A model generated the notes under the pieces. That model made no database searches. It was not told the origin of the DNA and saw only the letters and a program-made list of their open reading frames with translations. The position numbers and the translations under genes are program-made. Source: Schmidtea nova (lineage: Eukaryota). Taken from it: a stretch of DNA of 64,000 nucleotides. Below are positions 49,291 to 62,228 of the stretch, piece after piece; position 1 is the stretch's first letter; every line of letters starts with the position of its first letter. Location of the stretch: NCBI GenBank assembly GCA_044892505.1, contig CM097884.1, positions 86,056,001 to 86,120,000 on the forward strand, written 5' to 3'.

Positions 49291-49685
49291 TATTAAAAAA
49301 AAGATTAAAGGTGAANNNNNNNNNNNNNNNNNNNNNNNNNNNNNNNNNNNNNNNNNNNNNNNNNNNNNNNNNNNNNNNNNNNNNNNNNNNNNNNNNNNNN
49401 NNNNNNNNNNNNNNNNNNNNNNNNNNNNNNNNNNNNNNNNNNNNNNNNNNNNNNNNNNNNNNNNNNNNNNNNNNNNNNNNNNNNNNNNNNNNNNNNNNNN
49501 NNNNNNNNNNNNNNNNNNNNNNNNNNNNNNNNNNNNNNNNNNNNNNNNNNNNNNNNNNNNNNNNNNNNNNNNNNNNNNTATTCAAGTGATGTTTTATCCA
49601 GTGTACCAGGTATAGTATATAACAAAAATCTTTCGACTTTGTTTTATACTTACCTGGCGCGGAGAGAAATTTTCGCGTCTCCTGC

Positions 49686-49727
49686 ATAGCACTGATGAGA
49701 GCCATAAGCTCGAAACTAGTCTGCTAT
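49686..49727 (+). ncRNA. Type I hammerhead ribozyme (minimal stem III)
   Basis: ATAGCA-CTGATGA-GAGC-CATAA-GCTC-GAAA-CTAG-TC-TGCTAT: intact core, stem I (6 bp plus extension TCTCC/GGGGA), stem II 4 bp; predicted cleavage after C49721. Confidence 0.88.
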
Positions 49728-49997
49728 TGGGGATTTGCACTGGTTATCACAAAAAATCACAAGCTTTTTTTGTTTAAAACAAATAAGNNNNNNNNNNNNN
49801 NNNNNNNNNNNNNNNNNNNNNNNNNNNNNNNNNNNNNNNNNNNNNNNNNNNNNNNNNNNNNNNNNNNNNNNNNNNNNNNNNNNNNNNNNNNNNNNNNNNN
49901 NNNNNNNNNNNNNNNNNNNNNNNNNNNNNNNNNNNNNNNNNNNNNNNNNNNNNNNNNNNNNNNNNNNNNNNNNNNNNNNNNNNNNNNNNNNNNNNNN

Positions 49998-50428
49998 GAT
50001 GCACGGGCATTGCAATGTCTTTGTTTAAATAGGGGTAGGATTTTTTTCCAAACACACACATACATCATCGAGGTTATGACTATCATACTCATCTATCAAT
50101 TACCTTTAGTTTGGTATGTATATTATTAGGTTTTAAAATTTTGAACCTTAGACCTACGAACCTACTATTAAAAGTCCTTTTGAATGACATATAACTGGTA
50201 ATGTTTAAAATATTTTTAAGTTTATAGACATCTTGAAGGTCTTTGACTAACCACAAACCTTTGAGGACATGACCATCATACTCACCACTCAAATACCTTT
50301 CAAATGATATATAACATGTAAGGTTTAAATGATTGTAAGGTTTTTAACTCTTTGAAGGTCGTGCATCCATCATAGACCTTCGAATGTATGACCATCATAA
50401 TTACCCTTCAATTACCTTTTGATTAATA

Positions 50429-50461
<33 letters not shown>

Positions 50462-50570
50462 TGTAAGGTTTAAAAAAATTTAAAGGTCCAGGACCCTCCA
50501 TAAACCATCGAGAGTATGACCGTTGTATAGACCTCTCAAAGACCTTGTGTGAAGGTTTGACTTTATTTGA
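49998..50570 (-). repeat. Right arm of the long imperfect inverted repeat
   Basis: See 42585-43260. Confidence 0.65.
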
Positions 50571-51181
50571 CCTTTTAAAATTCAAATTTGATATTTGAAT
50601 TTGAAATGATTCATCGATAACATCGTCAATAAGTCATACCGGTGAGTCATAATCTTTTTTACCCCCTCACTCCGGGGTAGGGGTGACTCATGTTGTTTGT
50701 TAAGAGCCATAATGTCTTTGTTTTTGGCTTCACACAATTACCTACTCGAGTCCTATATACCGACTGTTATTTATTTAATTAAAACCAAACACAAGTTCCG
50801 GTGAGCCAGACTTGATCAAAGTCAGTAAAAGGAAACTGAAATTTTAAAATTGTATTGAATTCGAATGCAGTTTGTTAGGCGCAAGTTCAACTGCCAAGTT
50901 AGATATTTCTTTTCGTTTTTATGAAAGTTTTATGACGGATTCGGTTTCAGCATATCGAATTTTATATAAATTGAAATTTTGATTGAAAACTTATAAGTAT
51001 TAGTAAAGAAAATAATTTAAAATTTTATATGTGGGAAGCACAGGTATAACGGAATCGGATTCAGTATATCGAATTTAATATTATTTCTTAAAAACACATG
51101 TTCGTTTTTAATTACATAATGAAATATATCCAAATGTTAATTCATTACCCTTCTCTCACTAATTTAATTTAAGTATAAATA

Positions 51182-52306
51182 CCCTGGTCTACCAAAAGTC
51201 TCCATTCTGGCACCTATTTACATATTGCAATTTATAATGAACAACAATGGGAACAAATGTAACAAATACACACGAATACTGAATGTCTATAGTGCTGAGA
51301 GAGTTAGTACTTTGTTATATTACCTTTCATCTGGATAACAAGGTGCACTCGTTTAAACATTTTATCGACAACCTTTGCCTGGAAATAAGGGGAGATGTGT
51401 GACCATTCCTCATGCAGATGCGTTTCTAGTTCGGAGGTGTTACGGGCAATGGAAATCATTTTGCGAACTCCTCTACCAAGACGTCCCACAAAAACTCATT
51501 AAAATTCAGATCAGGGCTTTGTGGAACACAATCCAAAACGTTGATGCTGTGCTGCAGAAAGAATTCCTTCATAATGTGCGAAGTATGGATTGGTGCATTA
51601 CCATGTTGGTAAATGAGCCCCTCAATTTCTGGGAGAAAGGGAACAAGCTCATTTTCCAGAATGGCACGGTATTCCACTGACATCATGTGATTGACGCACT
51701 TCACTAGAGGACCAGTTCTACAAACTGAGAAAAGACTCCAAAACATGACGGAGCCTCCTCCAAATTTTACAGTTGGCTGAATGCAGTCAAGGTGAAATCG
51801 TTCTCCTACACGACGCCAGAAGAATTGCTGTCCATCCGATTTGAAAAGAGTGAAACGTGATTCATCACTCAAAATGACTGAGCGCCTGAATGTTGGTTGT
51901 TGACATGTATTTGATCTTGGTGGTATTTTCTCAGGAAGTAGTTAATAGTTCTTTTGGGATGGTCAGTCAATGCAGCAGTTTCACTCTGACTTTTTACACA
52001 AAAGTATAATCCTAAAAGATTGCCTTTCTGAACGTCTGTAAGCTCTCTCCGAGTAGTCATATTCTAAAAAAGTGACAATCCTTCATTAAAATGACTCACT
52101 GTTATCACTGTTGTGTCTCTGGTGTGAGTATTCATATTCTGTGTGTGTGTGAGTGCGTGCGTGCGTAATTGTGCGCATGAAGCATGTTGAAGGTGTTGGT
52201 GACCATTGTTCTCATTGCTGTTCATATTTGCACTGCAGATGTTCATTATAAACTGCAATATGTAAATAACTGCCTTACTGGAGACTTTTGGTAGGCCTGA
52301 GTAGGG
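51182..52306 (-). mobile_element. Degenerate Tc1-like transposon
   Basis: ~65-bp TIRs (..CTACCAAAAGTCTCCA..TATTTACATATTGCA), TA flanks; HTH, SDESRF, VKFGGGSVMFW, QHGNAPIHT and SPDLNFNE motifs; frameshifted. Confidence 0.88.
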
Positions 52307-52371
52307 TATATAATCAACAGCCGTAAATCAAGTGTTTAGGTTAAAAAAACTCTTTGTTGCTTATATACTAT

Positions 52372-52640
52372 TTAAAACATTTGACTTCGATTTTTACTAT
52401 TTAATAGTGATCGCAGTGGCTTTTTGTGTTTGTTCAAAACAATTTTATTTGATTCACTTATGTTCATTTTACCTTTGACTATTTTACGTATAACATCAAG
52501 TAAATCATCAATGACATGATTGAGAAATGATTCTAAAATAATCATTCTTTTTGCACTAAGAGCTTTAAACAATGCATTAAAATATTGGAAACTATGATGC
52601 CTTGAAGTTTCTATTACTGTTCGATTTTTCTTCCGAGTTG
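52372..52640 (-). pseudogene. Polinton small conserved protein fragment
   Basis: NHVIDDLLDVIRKIVKGKMNISESNKIVLNKHKKPL, homologous to 2780-2995. Confidence 0.75.
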
Positions 52641-55600
52641 GTTTTAAATTGTGTGAAAAAACTTTAAATAAATTATTTTTCTTATTTTATTTTAGTAATT
52701 TTTCATTTTTAAAAGTATAATAAAGTTAACAAAACAATTTTTTTTATTTAAAAAAATAAATTTAATAAACTTTTCAAATCCCCTCATTTCTCATTAAACA
52801 TTACCATAATTCCTTAGGTTGGTTTTGCATTTTATTTATTTATTGACTTGTTCAACTTAATTTAAATTAATCCTGACTTGCTAATTGAAATATATTTCCA
52901 ATATCCCTTCAAAATTATCAGAGTGCCTGCAATGTCTAATTATTTTGCCATAATTATGTTAATGGTAAAATAAATATTTTTCTTTATTTTGTTTGAGTCA
53001 TGGGTGGAAAAATTCCTATTATAGGGTGGTAAGGTAATGAAACTAATTAGGAGTTTGCTCGTTATGTTGAATTTTAATTAATTTTATTCTAAAATAAATG
53101 ATAATATGGGATTCAGTAAAAGTTTCACTTATGATGATAAAAATTAAATTAAATTTCAACAAAAATTGCATCGTTAGTGTTAAATAATTAAAAGTAGGGT
53201 GTGCAAACAGTTAAATTTGATCAGATTTATTACGCTGTCCGTTTTATTTTTTGCATTAACCGAAAACGTTTATTTTTAATCAGTAACATGACATTGTTAT
53301 TTTAATTTTATCTGAAAATCACATTTTCTCCATTGAATGATGCTAATTGATTCCACTTTGCTAAGGGCTTTTTTAAACTGGCGTCAATTTTTTTAACATA
53401 ATTTTTCATAAAATCTTAAAAATTTATATTTCTTCTAAATTTTACTATTATTTTATTTTACTATTATGTTTATGTTTCCAGAATGCACGTAAAATTGTCA
53501 AAGAACAGGCAAATCATTTGTTTGGATATAAAAATATGCATTTTTAAAATTCTTAAATTTAGAAAAAGGGTAGGGTAGACATCTTGTAGATTGTGATGGT
53601 ATCTTTGAGTAGAAGCAAATGTGAGAGCATTCTAATAGCGGCACTATGCTATATGACGATGAAAAAATACTTTAAAATGCTTGAAAAATAAGTAAGTTAG
53701 TTTTAATTATTGATTTGTACACTTCCGTATAAAACAAAATGTACATTTTATTTACATTGTTTTTTGAAAAACAAAATAAAATAAAAATTTTTAACGAAAA
53801 TTGAAAAATACTGCCACAGAAGTCTTTATCGAAAGTTTATTATTTTATTACTTAAGCGCTAATCTAAAAGCAAATACGTATTTTTGGTATATCAATTTGG
53901 TATCAATTTTGGTATTATCATTATAATTACAGTAATAATAAATCATAAATAAATTATATCTAACTCTCTATTGTCAAACCATAAATTATTGGCGCTTCAT
54001 TTGTGAATATATTTTTATATTTTGTTTACATATCATATTTCAAAAAAAATTAAAAAATTATTATTGAGATTTTTCCAGTTGTTTGTTAAAAAAAACTATT
54101 TAACACTGGAACTACTAACACATTAAAATGACGAATTTAATATTTTTAAATTTACATTTAAAAACATCTTATTTATATATATATATATTGTTATAAGAAT
54201 ATATAATAATTTCTAATATGACATTAAAATAATTAAATATCTATTTTTATATTTAATTTAAGTGCATTAAATAATTTGGAATTGGATTAAATAAATTTTG
54301 GTATACAAAAACTTTAGTATTTCAAGTGTTAAATTCCAATTTAATATTTGCCTCAGCTCTAAAGACCCCAAATTGACCTTAAAATGACATTAAATCATTC
54401 TACTTTCTTGGTTACCAAAGCAACGACACGGATGTCATAACTATCAATGAACAACATTTCTATAAGAATGGATAATGTTACAGACTCGGACACCGTTATA
54501 TAACACTCAATTCAATTTTTATATCACGTTTAAGAAGTCATATTGTATTATTATAAATAAGCCAACTTGCAGCCATCAAAATCGACTTGGTTGTCTTTCT
54601 AACAATTAATAAATTACCATGATATTATAATGATAAAATTCTGTGTAATTTAATAAATATTTTTTATTTAAAAAAAATTCATAATAAAGTTAAAATTATT
54701 TAATTTTTATGTATATCATTTTACCAGAGAACACTAGTTTAAAATAAATATATTAATTTATTTCTTTTTAAACACGCCTAGTAAATATTATTTTACCACA
54801 TAAAAATTTAAAATAATCTTAAAAGGTTTATTTGAAAAATATATTTTTATACTTTGACCTATCTTATTATTACCAACGTACGATGAATGAAGAAATCGAA
54901 TGAAACTCTTTAGCAACAGACATAATTAATGAAATATATAAAATAAAATCCAAAGTAGGTTATATGTAATTTTCATTGTATAAATTTAAATTTTAAATTT
55001 TAAAAATTAAAATGTCATAATTAAATTGCTTTCTAAATAAAATCAGCAGAATATATTATATATACTTAAATGATTTGAATATGTAAACAAATTAATGTGT
55101 TTACTGAAAAAGCTGTCAATTAATGGTTGTATAGGTAAACAGGTTCTCGTATTTCAAAAAGCTTTTAATTAAATGTTTTACAATACAATTCTTTTTTCTA
55201 CAAAACAATTTTTATGAATCAAATTTTTTATTTGTTTAATTCTCTAAAAAGAAAATTCGAGTTTTATGTTATTTTAGATTGTTAAAATCACAAATCATTA
55301 GTTTGGAAAATAATTAAGTAAAACAAAAAAACGAATAAATTTCGAATTAAAACAATAAATCAATATATTCTAAAAAAAGTAATAATTTTTTTATTAAAAA
55401 TTATTATTTTTGTGAGGTTTTATTTGTTTGTGTATTGTTTGGCTTGCAAAATTCAAATTATTTAAAAATGAAAATTGAAGGGAAAGCTAATTAAAAATAT
55501 TTGAAATTAAAATCAAAAATAAAAGTGATATCAAGGATAAATATAATAATATAATATTTCACCAAGTTTCTCAGTGCTACCTCAGAAAAAAATGAATATT

Positions 55601-56442
55601 AAATTTTAAAATTAGTTTTAAATTAGCACTACCCCAACATGTCTTTCTCTTTTAAACAAAATTCGTCCTCGTATATGGCGAGGTTGATCTTCTGAATATT
55701 CTGGATTTAAAAATGTGTTGATAATTATTGTATACCACTTAGAGATTTTTTTTCATTTTTTTAATATGTAAAATAAATATATTGTTTTATTATAAATTTG
55801 CATATCGCCCACAGGCAGTGACCAAATATTACTAAACGAATATTTTCTATCAAACAAATATTTGTTTCCCTTACTGTAATGCATTATTTTCTTGTCATTT
55901 TTTACATTAAAATAAATAATTTTACACCAAGAAAAAATAAATCTCAACCAATAATAAACGCAAAAGATTGTATCATATATTGAAAATTCTGCAAAATTGA
56001 AGCCTTCTCACAATAAATATTTTGATCTCATTTAATACAATTTCTTCTTGAAATTCTGAGAATTATGATTTCCATTTAATTTTCGATATAGAAATTACAT
56101 TTAAATTAAATTAAGTTTCAAATTTTTTCAGTTCTCCAAAGCATCCAATAATTGTCATTCCAAGTTCATTTTCTGATACTCACAATTATTCTTAGACTTT
56201 TACCTTGTGGAGTTAAGGAATTAGCATCATATCTCTTTTAGAAAGAGATAAATTTAATTAAATTGTATTTGTCGTCATAACAATAGCTTCATAAAGCAGA
56301 AAATCATTGAGACAGATAAATTTTCAATGTTTTAAGATCTGAACTTTCTAAAATAAATTGAGCCTATTTGTTCGGTTACAAATTTTGAGTCCTCGTGCTG
56401 CTATAATTACAAATCATCAAAACCCAACACAATAAATTTTAT

Positions 56443-56655
56443 CATAATTATCTTTTTTCACCTTTGATCTTTTTTTATTATTATTATCAATAATTCTCAT
56501 AATGACTATAGATCAAAATTTTTTTTTTATAAACAATAACACAATATTTCGGCACAGCCTTTACACTTGATAAAGGCTGTGCCGAAATATTGTGTTATTG
56601 TTTATAAAAAAAAAATTTTGATCTATAGCCATTATGAGAATTATTGATAATAATA
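56443..56655 (-). mobile_element. Hairpin-plus-tail element, copy 3
   Basis: Opposite orientation; perfect 14-bp TSD ACAATAAATTTTAT (56429-56442 and 56656-56669). Confidence 0.85.
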
Positions 56656-57545
56656 ACAATAAATTTTATTGAATTCCAAAATTAAAAAACGATAAATCAA
56701 TACAATTTCTATTTTCTACAAAAGACTCAACTCTCTTTTTTATTCCAGCGATAGGGGTAGGTCTATTAAGGGTAGATTGCTCTTTCTGATACGCTTTTGG
56801 TTTGCTAATGTCAGTTTTCTGACAATCACACTCTTTCCACTTACCAAATGCATAGTACTCCCGACAAATAATTTTTACTTCTGCCAAACTGGCGATTTAC
56901 TGTCGTTTTGCTATTTCTTTTATAATAATTTATTTCGTTAACATATCAATTAAATTTCAGAATGGGGACATAATATAATTATCCTTTTTTTATAATCGGA
57001 TTTTCATGGAAATCAGATGATTGCAGTTTCTTATAATTTAATAATTTCAAGCTGTGACTCAGATAATTTGATTTTGTTCGGATTTTACATTCGTTTGGCT
57101 TTCCAGGATAATAGAATTTTCTACTAAACTAATAAATTATTCATTAATTTTTAATTAATTTTTTATTTATTGAATATATTTTTTAGGGACATTTTATTTT
57201 TTAGGATATTTTAATATCATATTCATACTCGTATCCCCATTTGCCGTTCGTACATGACAATTTCCTCCACGATATGTCAAATTTTAACTNNNNNNNNNNN
57301 NNNNNNNNNNNNNNNNNNNNNNNNNNNNNNNNNNNNNNNNNNNNNNNNNNNNNNNNNNNNNNNNNNNNNNNNNNNNNNNNNNNNNNNNNNNNNNNNNNNN
57401 NNNNNNNNNNNNNNNNNNNNNNNNNNNNNNNNNNNNNNNNNNNNNNNNNNNNNNNNNNNNNNNNNNNNNNNNNNNNNNNNNNNNNNNNNNNNNNNNNNNN
57501 NNNNNNNNNNNNNNNNNNNNNNNNNNNNNNNNNNNNNNNNNNNNN

Positions 57546-57731
57546 CATAATGGATGACTATAGATCAAATATTTTTAAATAAGTACACGATATTTCGGCA
57601 CAGCCTTTATCAAATACACACTTGATAAAGGCTGTGCCGAAATATCGTGTACTTATTTATAAAGATTTTGATCTATAGTCATCCATTATGAAAATTATTG
57701 ATATTAATAATAAAAAAAGATCAAAGGTGAA
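57546..57731 (+). mobile_element. Hairpin-plus-tail element, copy 4 (gap on both sides)
   Basis: Same arms and start of the tail (AAAGATCAAAGGTGAA). Confidence 0.8.
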
Positions 57732-58568
57732 NNNNNNNNNNNNNNNNNNNNNNNNNNNNNNNNNNNNNNNNNNNNNNNNNNNNNNNNNNNNNNNNNNNNN
57801 NNNNNNNNNNNNNNNNNNNNNNNNNNNNNNNNNNNNNNNNNNNNNNNNNNNNNNNNNNNNNNNNNNNNNNNNNNNNNNNNNNNNNNNNNNNNNNNNNNNN
57901 NNNNNNNNNNNNNNNNNNNNTTATTTATTTGACCTCAATCGCGCGCAGTTAAACCATTTTAGACGAACATCATCATAATTATCAAGTTTTCTATCCCTAT
58001 ACTAAGACAAACCGGAGTGAAATACGGCAATAAATCATAATTAGCCTCGTTTTTCTAATAATAATCGTCTGACTTTAAACGATTACGATATTTTCATTTT
58101 TATATAGAATTTTTATTTCACGGACAACTTTGTCAATCATATTCATTATCATTATAAAAATAATTCATTTACCATTTCAGCTGACGTTTATTAAAACTAT
58201 TAAAATTATCTAAATAATTCTTACTGAGAACTTTTTTCATTTTTATTTATTTTGAATTGAATATACAAAAATTGTTTTTAATAGGTTAGACAAAATAATA
58301 GAAACTCCAAATAAACTTCTGATTTTCTTCAGAATTTTTCTGAATAAAAGAAATTTAAAATTATCACTTTTGCACGTAGATCCTACTGCTATGATGACAT
58401 TACTATTGAAAATCATGGAATTTCTCTCTGAAAATTTACAATGATTTGCCCATGTGTGGAATTTAGATAAACAGCCAAATCAGATTTATTCACTAGTAAA
58501 CTATGTTTATTAATGATTCTATTTATTTCTGATATTAATATAAATTTTATATCTAATAGTATCTATTG

Positions 58569-58695
58569 CAGGGTTTTCCTACCTTTTCATAGTACCATAC
58601 CTGTACGTTGTAAACGATTTAATGGCGTGCCGATTAACCTATTTTTTATTGGGGAATAAAATGCAATGGAGATTTGTAATAAAGACAAGTAACTT

Positions 58696-58773
<78 letters not shown>

Positions 58774-58905
58774 CAATATAGTCGACAATGCATGCACATT
58801 TACAAAACAATACATACAATTTTTTAAATTAAAGTAATTCACATACAGGAAGCTGCTTCTCCGCGTAGTGGTACTGGCATGCGTACCCAAGGTTGGGAAT
58901 CCCTG
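58569..58905. mobile_element. hAT (Buster-like) MITE with internal (TA)n
   Basis: Ends CAGGGTTTTCCTACC / GGTTGGGAATCCCTG; perfect 8-bp TSD ATCTATTG. Confidence 0.85.
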
Positions 58906-59169
58906 ATCTATTGAATATAATTTAGATTATTTTTCAGTATAATAATAGTTATAGTAGGATGTGTTATCGGCATGTCAATAACTCTGTGTGACATCAAAAT
59001 TGACCTTTGATATATTATTTAATAGGCCAATGATGAAATAACTGACCTTTAACCTCTTGTCATACTTGAACTTTGAATATCAGGACAACTAGACCTTTAT
59101 CAACCTTTAATTGCTACATCATAATTGACCTTTTAAATTTCATACCATATTTGAACTTTTATAACGAAA

Positions 59170-61760
59170 TCGGAGTGAGAATGGAAGTAGGTGTGGCAGT
59201 CAGAGTAGAATAGGGGTAAGAGAGGATATGAGGATGGGAGTGGGACAGGCAGTAAACTTGTTAGCTGCACTCGATGTGTAAGTGAGTAAGTGTGAGGATC
59301 ATAGGATAATGTATAGCAGAATGCAAAGTAGACCAAGTGTTAAGCTGAATATAAAAGGTTGTAAAGTAGATTGCTTATTAGATTCAAGAACCCGAGTGAA
59401 CGTAATAGCAAAAGCAGTTGTGGATAAATTAGTTAAAGTAGAAATAAGCAAAACGGATGAGTTGTTAAAATTTGCGAATAATAGGAAACTAGAAACCTTA
59501 AGTAAGTTATACACTGAAGTTAAAATTGGCGATGTAGAAATAAAATTAATTAAATAAAATTTATTGTTGTTAAAAATGTTGTTCCAGAGATAATTGGAGG
59601 ATTTGAAATACAAAAAGCATTTGCAAACAGATCATAATGCAATAAATATCTATTTCAATATCACCTTTATGTTGATTATCTATATTACATATAATACCTT
59701 TATGTTGACAACAAAGAATCCAATAGCAGCACAATTTCAAACGTGGATCAATCATTTATGCACCTTGGGGATAACGATCGAATATAGAAAAGGAACTGAT
59801 CACGCAAATGCGGATATACTTTTAAGGAAATCACGAGGAACATGTATACAATGCATAATGGAACACTTAAAACAGAAAAGCGGACGAGTACGAACAAGGC
59901 GACTGATCATATATAATAAGTTCTGGGCAATCCAAAGGAGCCGGACATTCGGGCAATTGCTTGCATTGATACGATTTATCGCAATCAGTCGATTCATCGT
60001 AATCAGACATTTTTTCGCAATCAAACGATTTTTCACAATCAAGCGATTTTTCGCAATCAGGCGAATTTTCGCAATCAGGTGATTTTTCGCAATCAGGTGA
60101 TTTTTCACAATCAGGCGATTTTTCACAATCAGGCGATTTTTCACAATCAGGCGATTTTTCGCAATCAGGGGATTTTTCATCAACCGACGCTTCTGGTGTC
60201 GAATTAGGCCATTGCTTTGGATGATCGTCCTCCTCGTCTATTTTTTGCAATTTCTTGCAATCCATTTCGAATTGGTTGAGGGCGTTCCGTAACACCCAGA
60301 TACGATACTTTTGTATGCGGTCCATACAATGACCGCATTGGTAGGCGCACAAGATGTGCTCCGCCATATATGGCATTTCACTGTCCCGATTAGCCAGGGG
60401 ATTGAGCAAGACCTGGTGAACATCGATCCCAGTCAAGCATTGGATTTTGTAGGGAATCAGTTCCGGTGCCGTATAGGTCAGCTTGGGCATCAGCATCGGA
60501 TAGATTTCTTCAAGCTTGCCGTAAAGTACGGAGATCAATTTCTCTAAAATAAAAAAAATTATAAAAATGAAAAAATAGTAAACTTTAAAATTTACCATAT
60601 TTCATTATATCGGACATTTTTTGATTGTGAATATAAATGATTGCAAAATGTTCATTGTATATATATGATAGAAACACAAGGCATGTACAAAATATTACAC
60701 ACTGAACCAATCAGATTCGAGTATGCATAACATGTCTTTATTATCGAAATACACATTGGACCAAGACAGCATAAATAAGTGACAAAATAATAATGATGAG
60801 ATAAAAGAAATAAAGAATGAAAATGAAGAGTTCAAGAACGGAAGATTCATAATGAAGGAGAAAACGATATATACAAGCAAGAACAAACTCTGGATAGCAA
60901 AATTGAAAATACGAGATATGATCAAGGAAACACATTTAATGTCATGTCATGCAGGAATAAAAAAAGTGACAAACTATATCCAACACGATTTCGACATGGA
61001 AAATTTGGTAAAAAATGTAAAATCAGTAATTGAAAACTGTATTGCATGTCAAAAAACGAAGACTTACCATAAAGGCAAAAAAAAGAAACTAAAACAGTCA
61101 TAAGTGTGGAACCTTTTGAGATTATCTTTATGGAAATATGTGGACCAATGAAAGAAGCAATCGATCGAGAAAGATACACATGTGGTATCATTGACCAATA
61201 AAGTTAATGCATTTCTCTGTCTGTTATAGCTAAACAAGATGAACAAACAATATTGAAAACTTTGTTAAACAAAAGATATTGAGATTTGGAGCACCGAAAG
61301 AACTGCATGTAAACTGTGGGGAATGTTTTGAGTCAAACGGTGTAAAAAGATTGACAAAGTCAACAGGAATCAAAATAGTGTTTTCAAGCTAATATCACCA
61401 TAACACTAATCGATTAATAGAAAGACAGTTTCGTGCAATCAGAGATTATATTAACGCGTCGTTAAGAGAACAAAGCAAAAATAGTTGGGCAGAGAAATTA
61501 CTGGAAATTAGATATACTTTGAATACAACGATAGAGAAAACAATCGAGGTATAGCAGTGCTTCAATAAATAAAGCAAATGGAAACGGAAGCAACAAACGC
61601 AAAAGAGATGAAAACAATAAGAAAATTCAATTTAGGAGATACTGTTTAATAAAGGGTGTGATTCGAAATAAAGACAAAATACGATTTGAAGGACCTTACA
61701 CTTAAATAAAGAAAATTCACAAAAGAAGCTTTTTGTTAAGATATGAAGAAGGTAAAATCA
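59170..61760 (+). pseudogene. Ty3/Gypsy remnant (protease, RNase H end, integrase) with an internal foreign insert
   Basis: CLLDSRTRVNVI (aspartic protease), TDHNA, QFQTWINHL, RKGTDHANAD, HLMSCHAG..CIAC, EICGPM and RFEGPY; RT deleted. Confidence 0.85.
59867..60617 (-). CDS. Two-exon gene of unknown function with EKSPDC repeats
   Basis: Exon 1 60617-60596 (MSDIMKY+G) splices in frame over a 52-nt GT..AG intron (60595-60544) to exon 2 (EKLISVL..). 18-bp repeats at ~59990-60180; TATA-like ~60657-60666 and CCAAT 60707-60711 upstream. Confidence 0.65.
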
Positions 61761-62228
61761 TAATAAGAAACATTGAGATGTGATATGGTAAAATTAGTTT
61801 AATAAGTATTGATTTTAAAATAAGATTATAAAATTTTAATTTCAAATATTTAAATTTCAAATAAAATTGAAAAATATAAAATCTAATCAGTGTATTGAAT
61901 TACAGAAGGTTTAAATCATAGTTCATAAAACTTATCGATGCTTCAGAACAAATATTTAAATAATATTATTGATTATTATTCTTAGAATAATGTTTTCAAA
62001 AATACAATTTCTGGAATTAAATGTTTTTATTAAAAAAATTAATTATGTATTCAAAAGAAACCAAGTTCAATGTAATTGCAACTGAAATTAAATATTGATA
62101 CATTAAAAAATAGATTCATAATCTTTATGACTTTTATTTTAAATATCAAACTTTGTTTTTTACTTTATTATTTCTCTGTGTATCTAAAGACTTTCTAGTC
62201 TTAACACATCTTTTGTTTGATAACAGCT

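Noticed and set aside
49646-49790. U1 snRNA gene
   Set aside because: Only the first 12-14 nt match; no U1 stem-loops I-IV or Sm site are recognisable.
59800-60547. Alternative-frame ORFs (59800-60183, 60238-60423, 60311-60547)
   Set aside because: By-products of the stop-free 18-bp repeat and high GC; only the EKSPDC frame has promoter and splice support.
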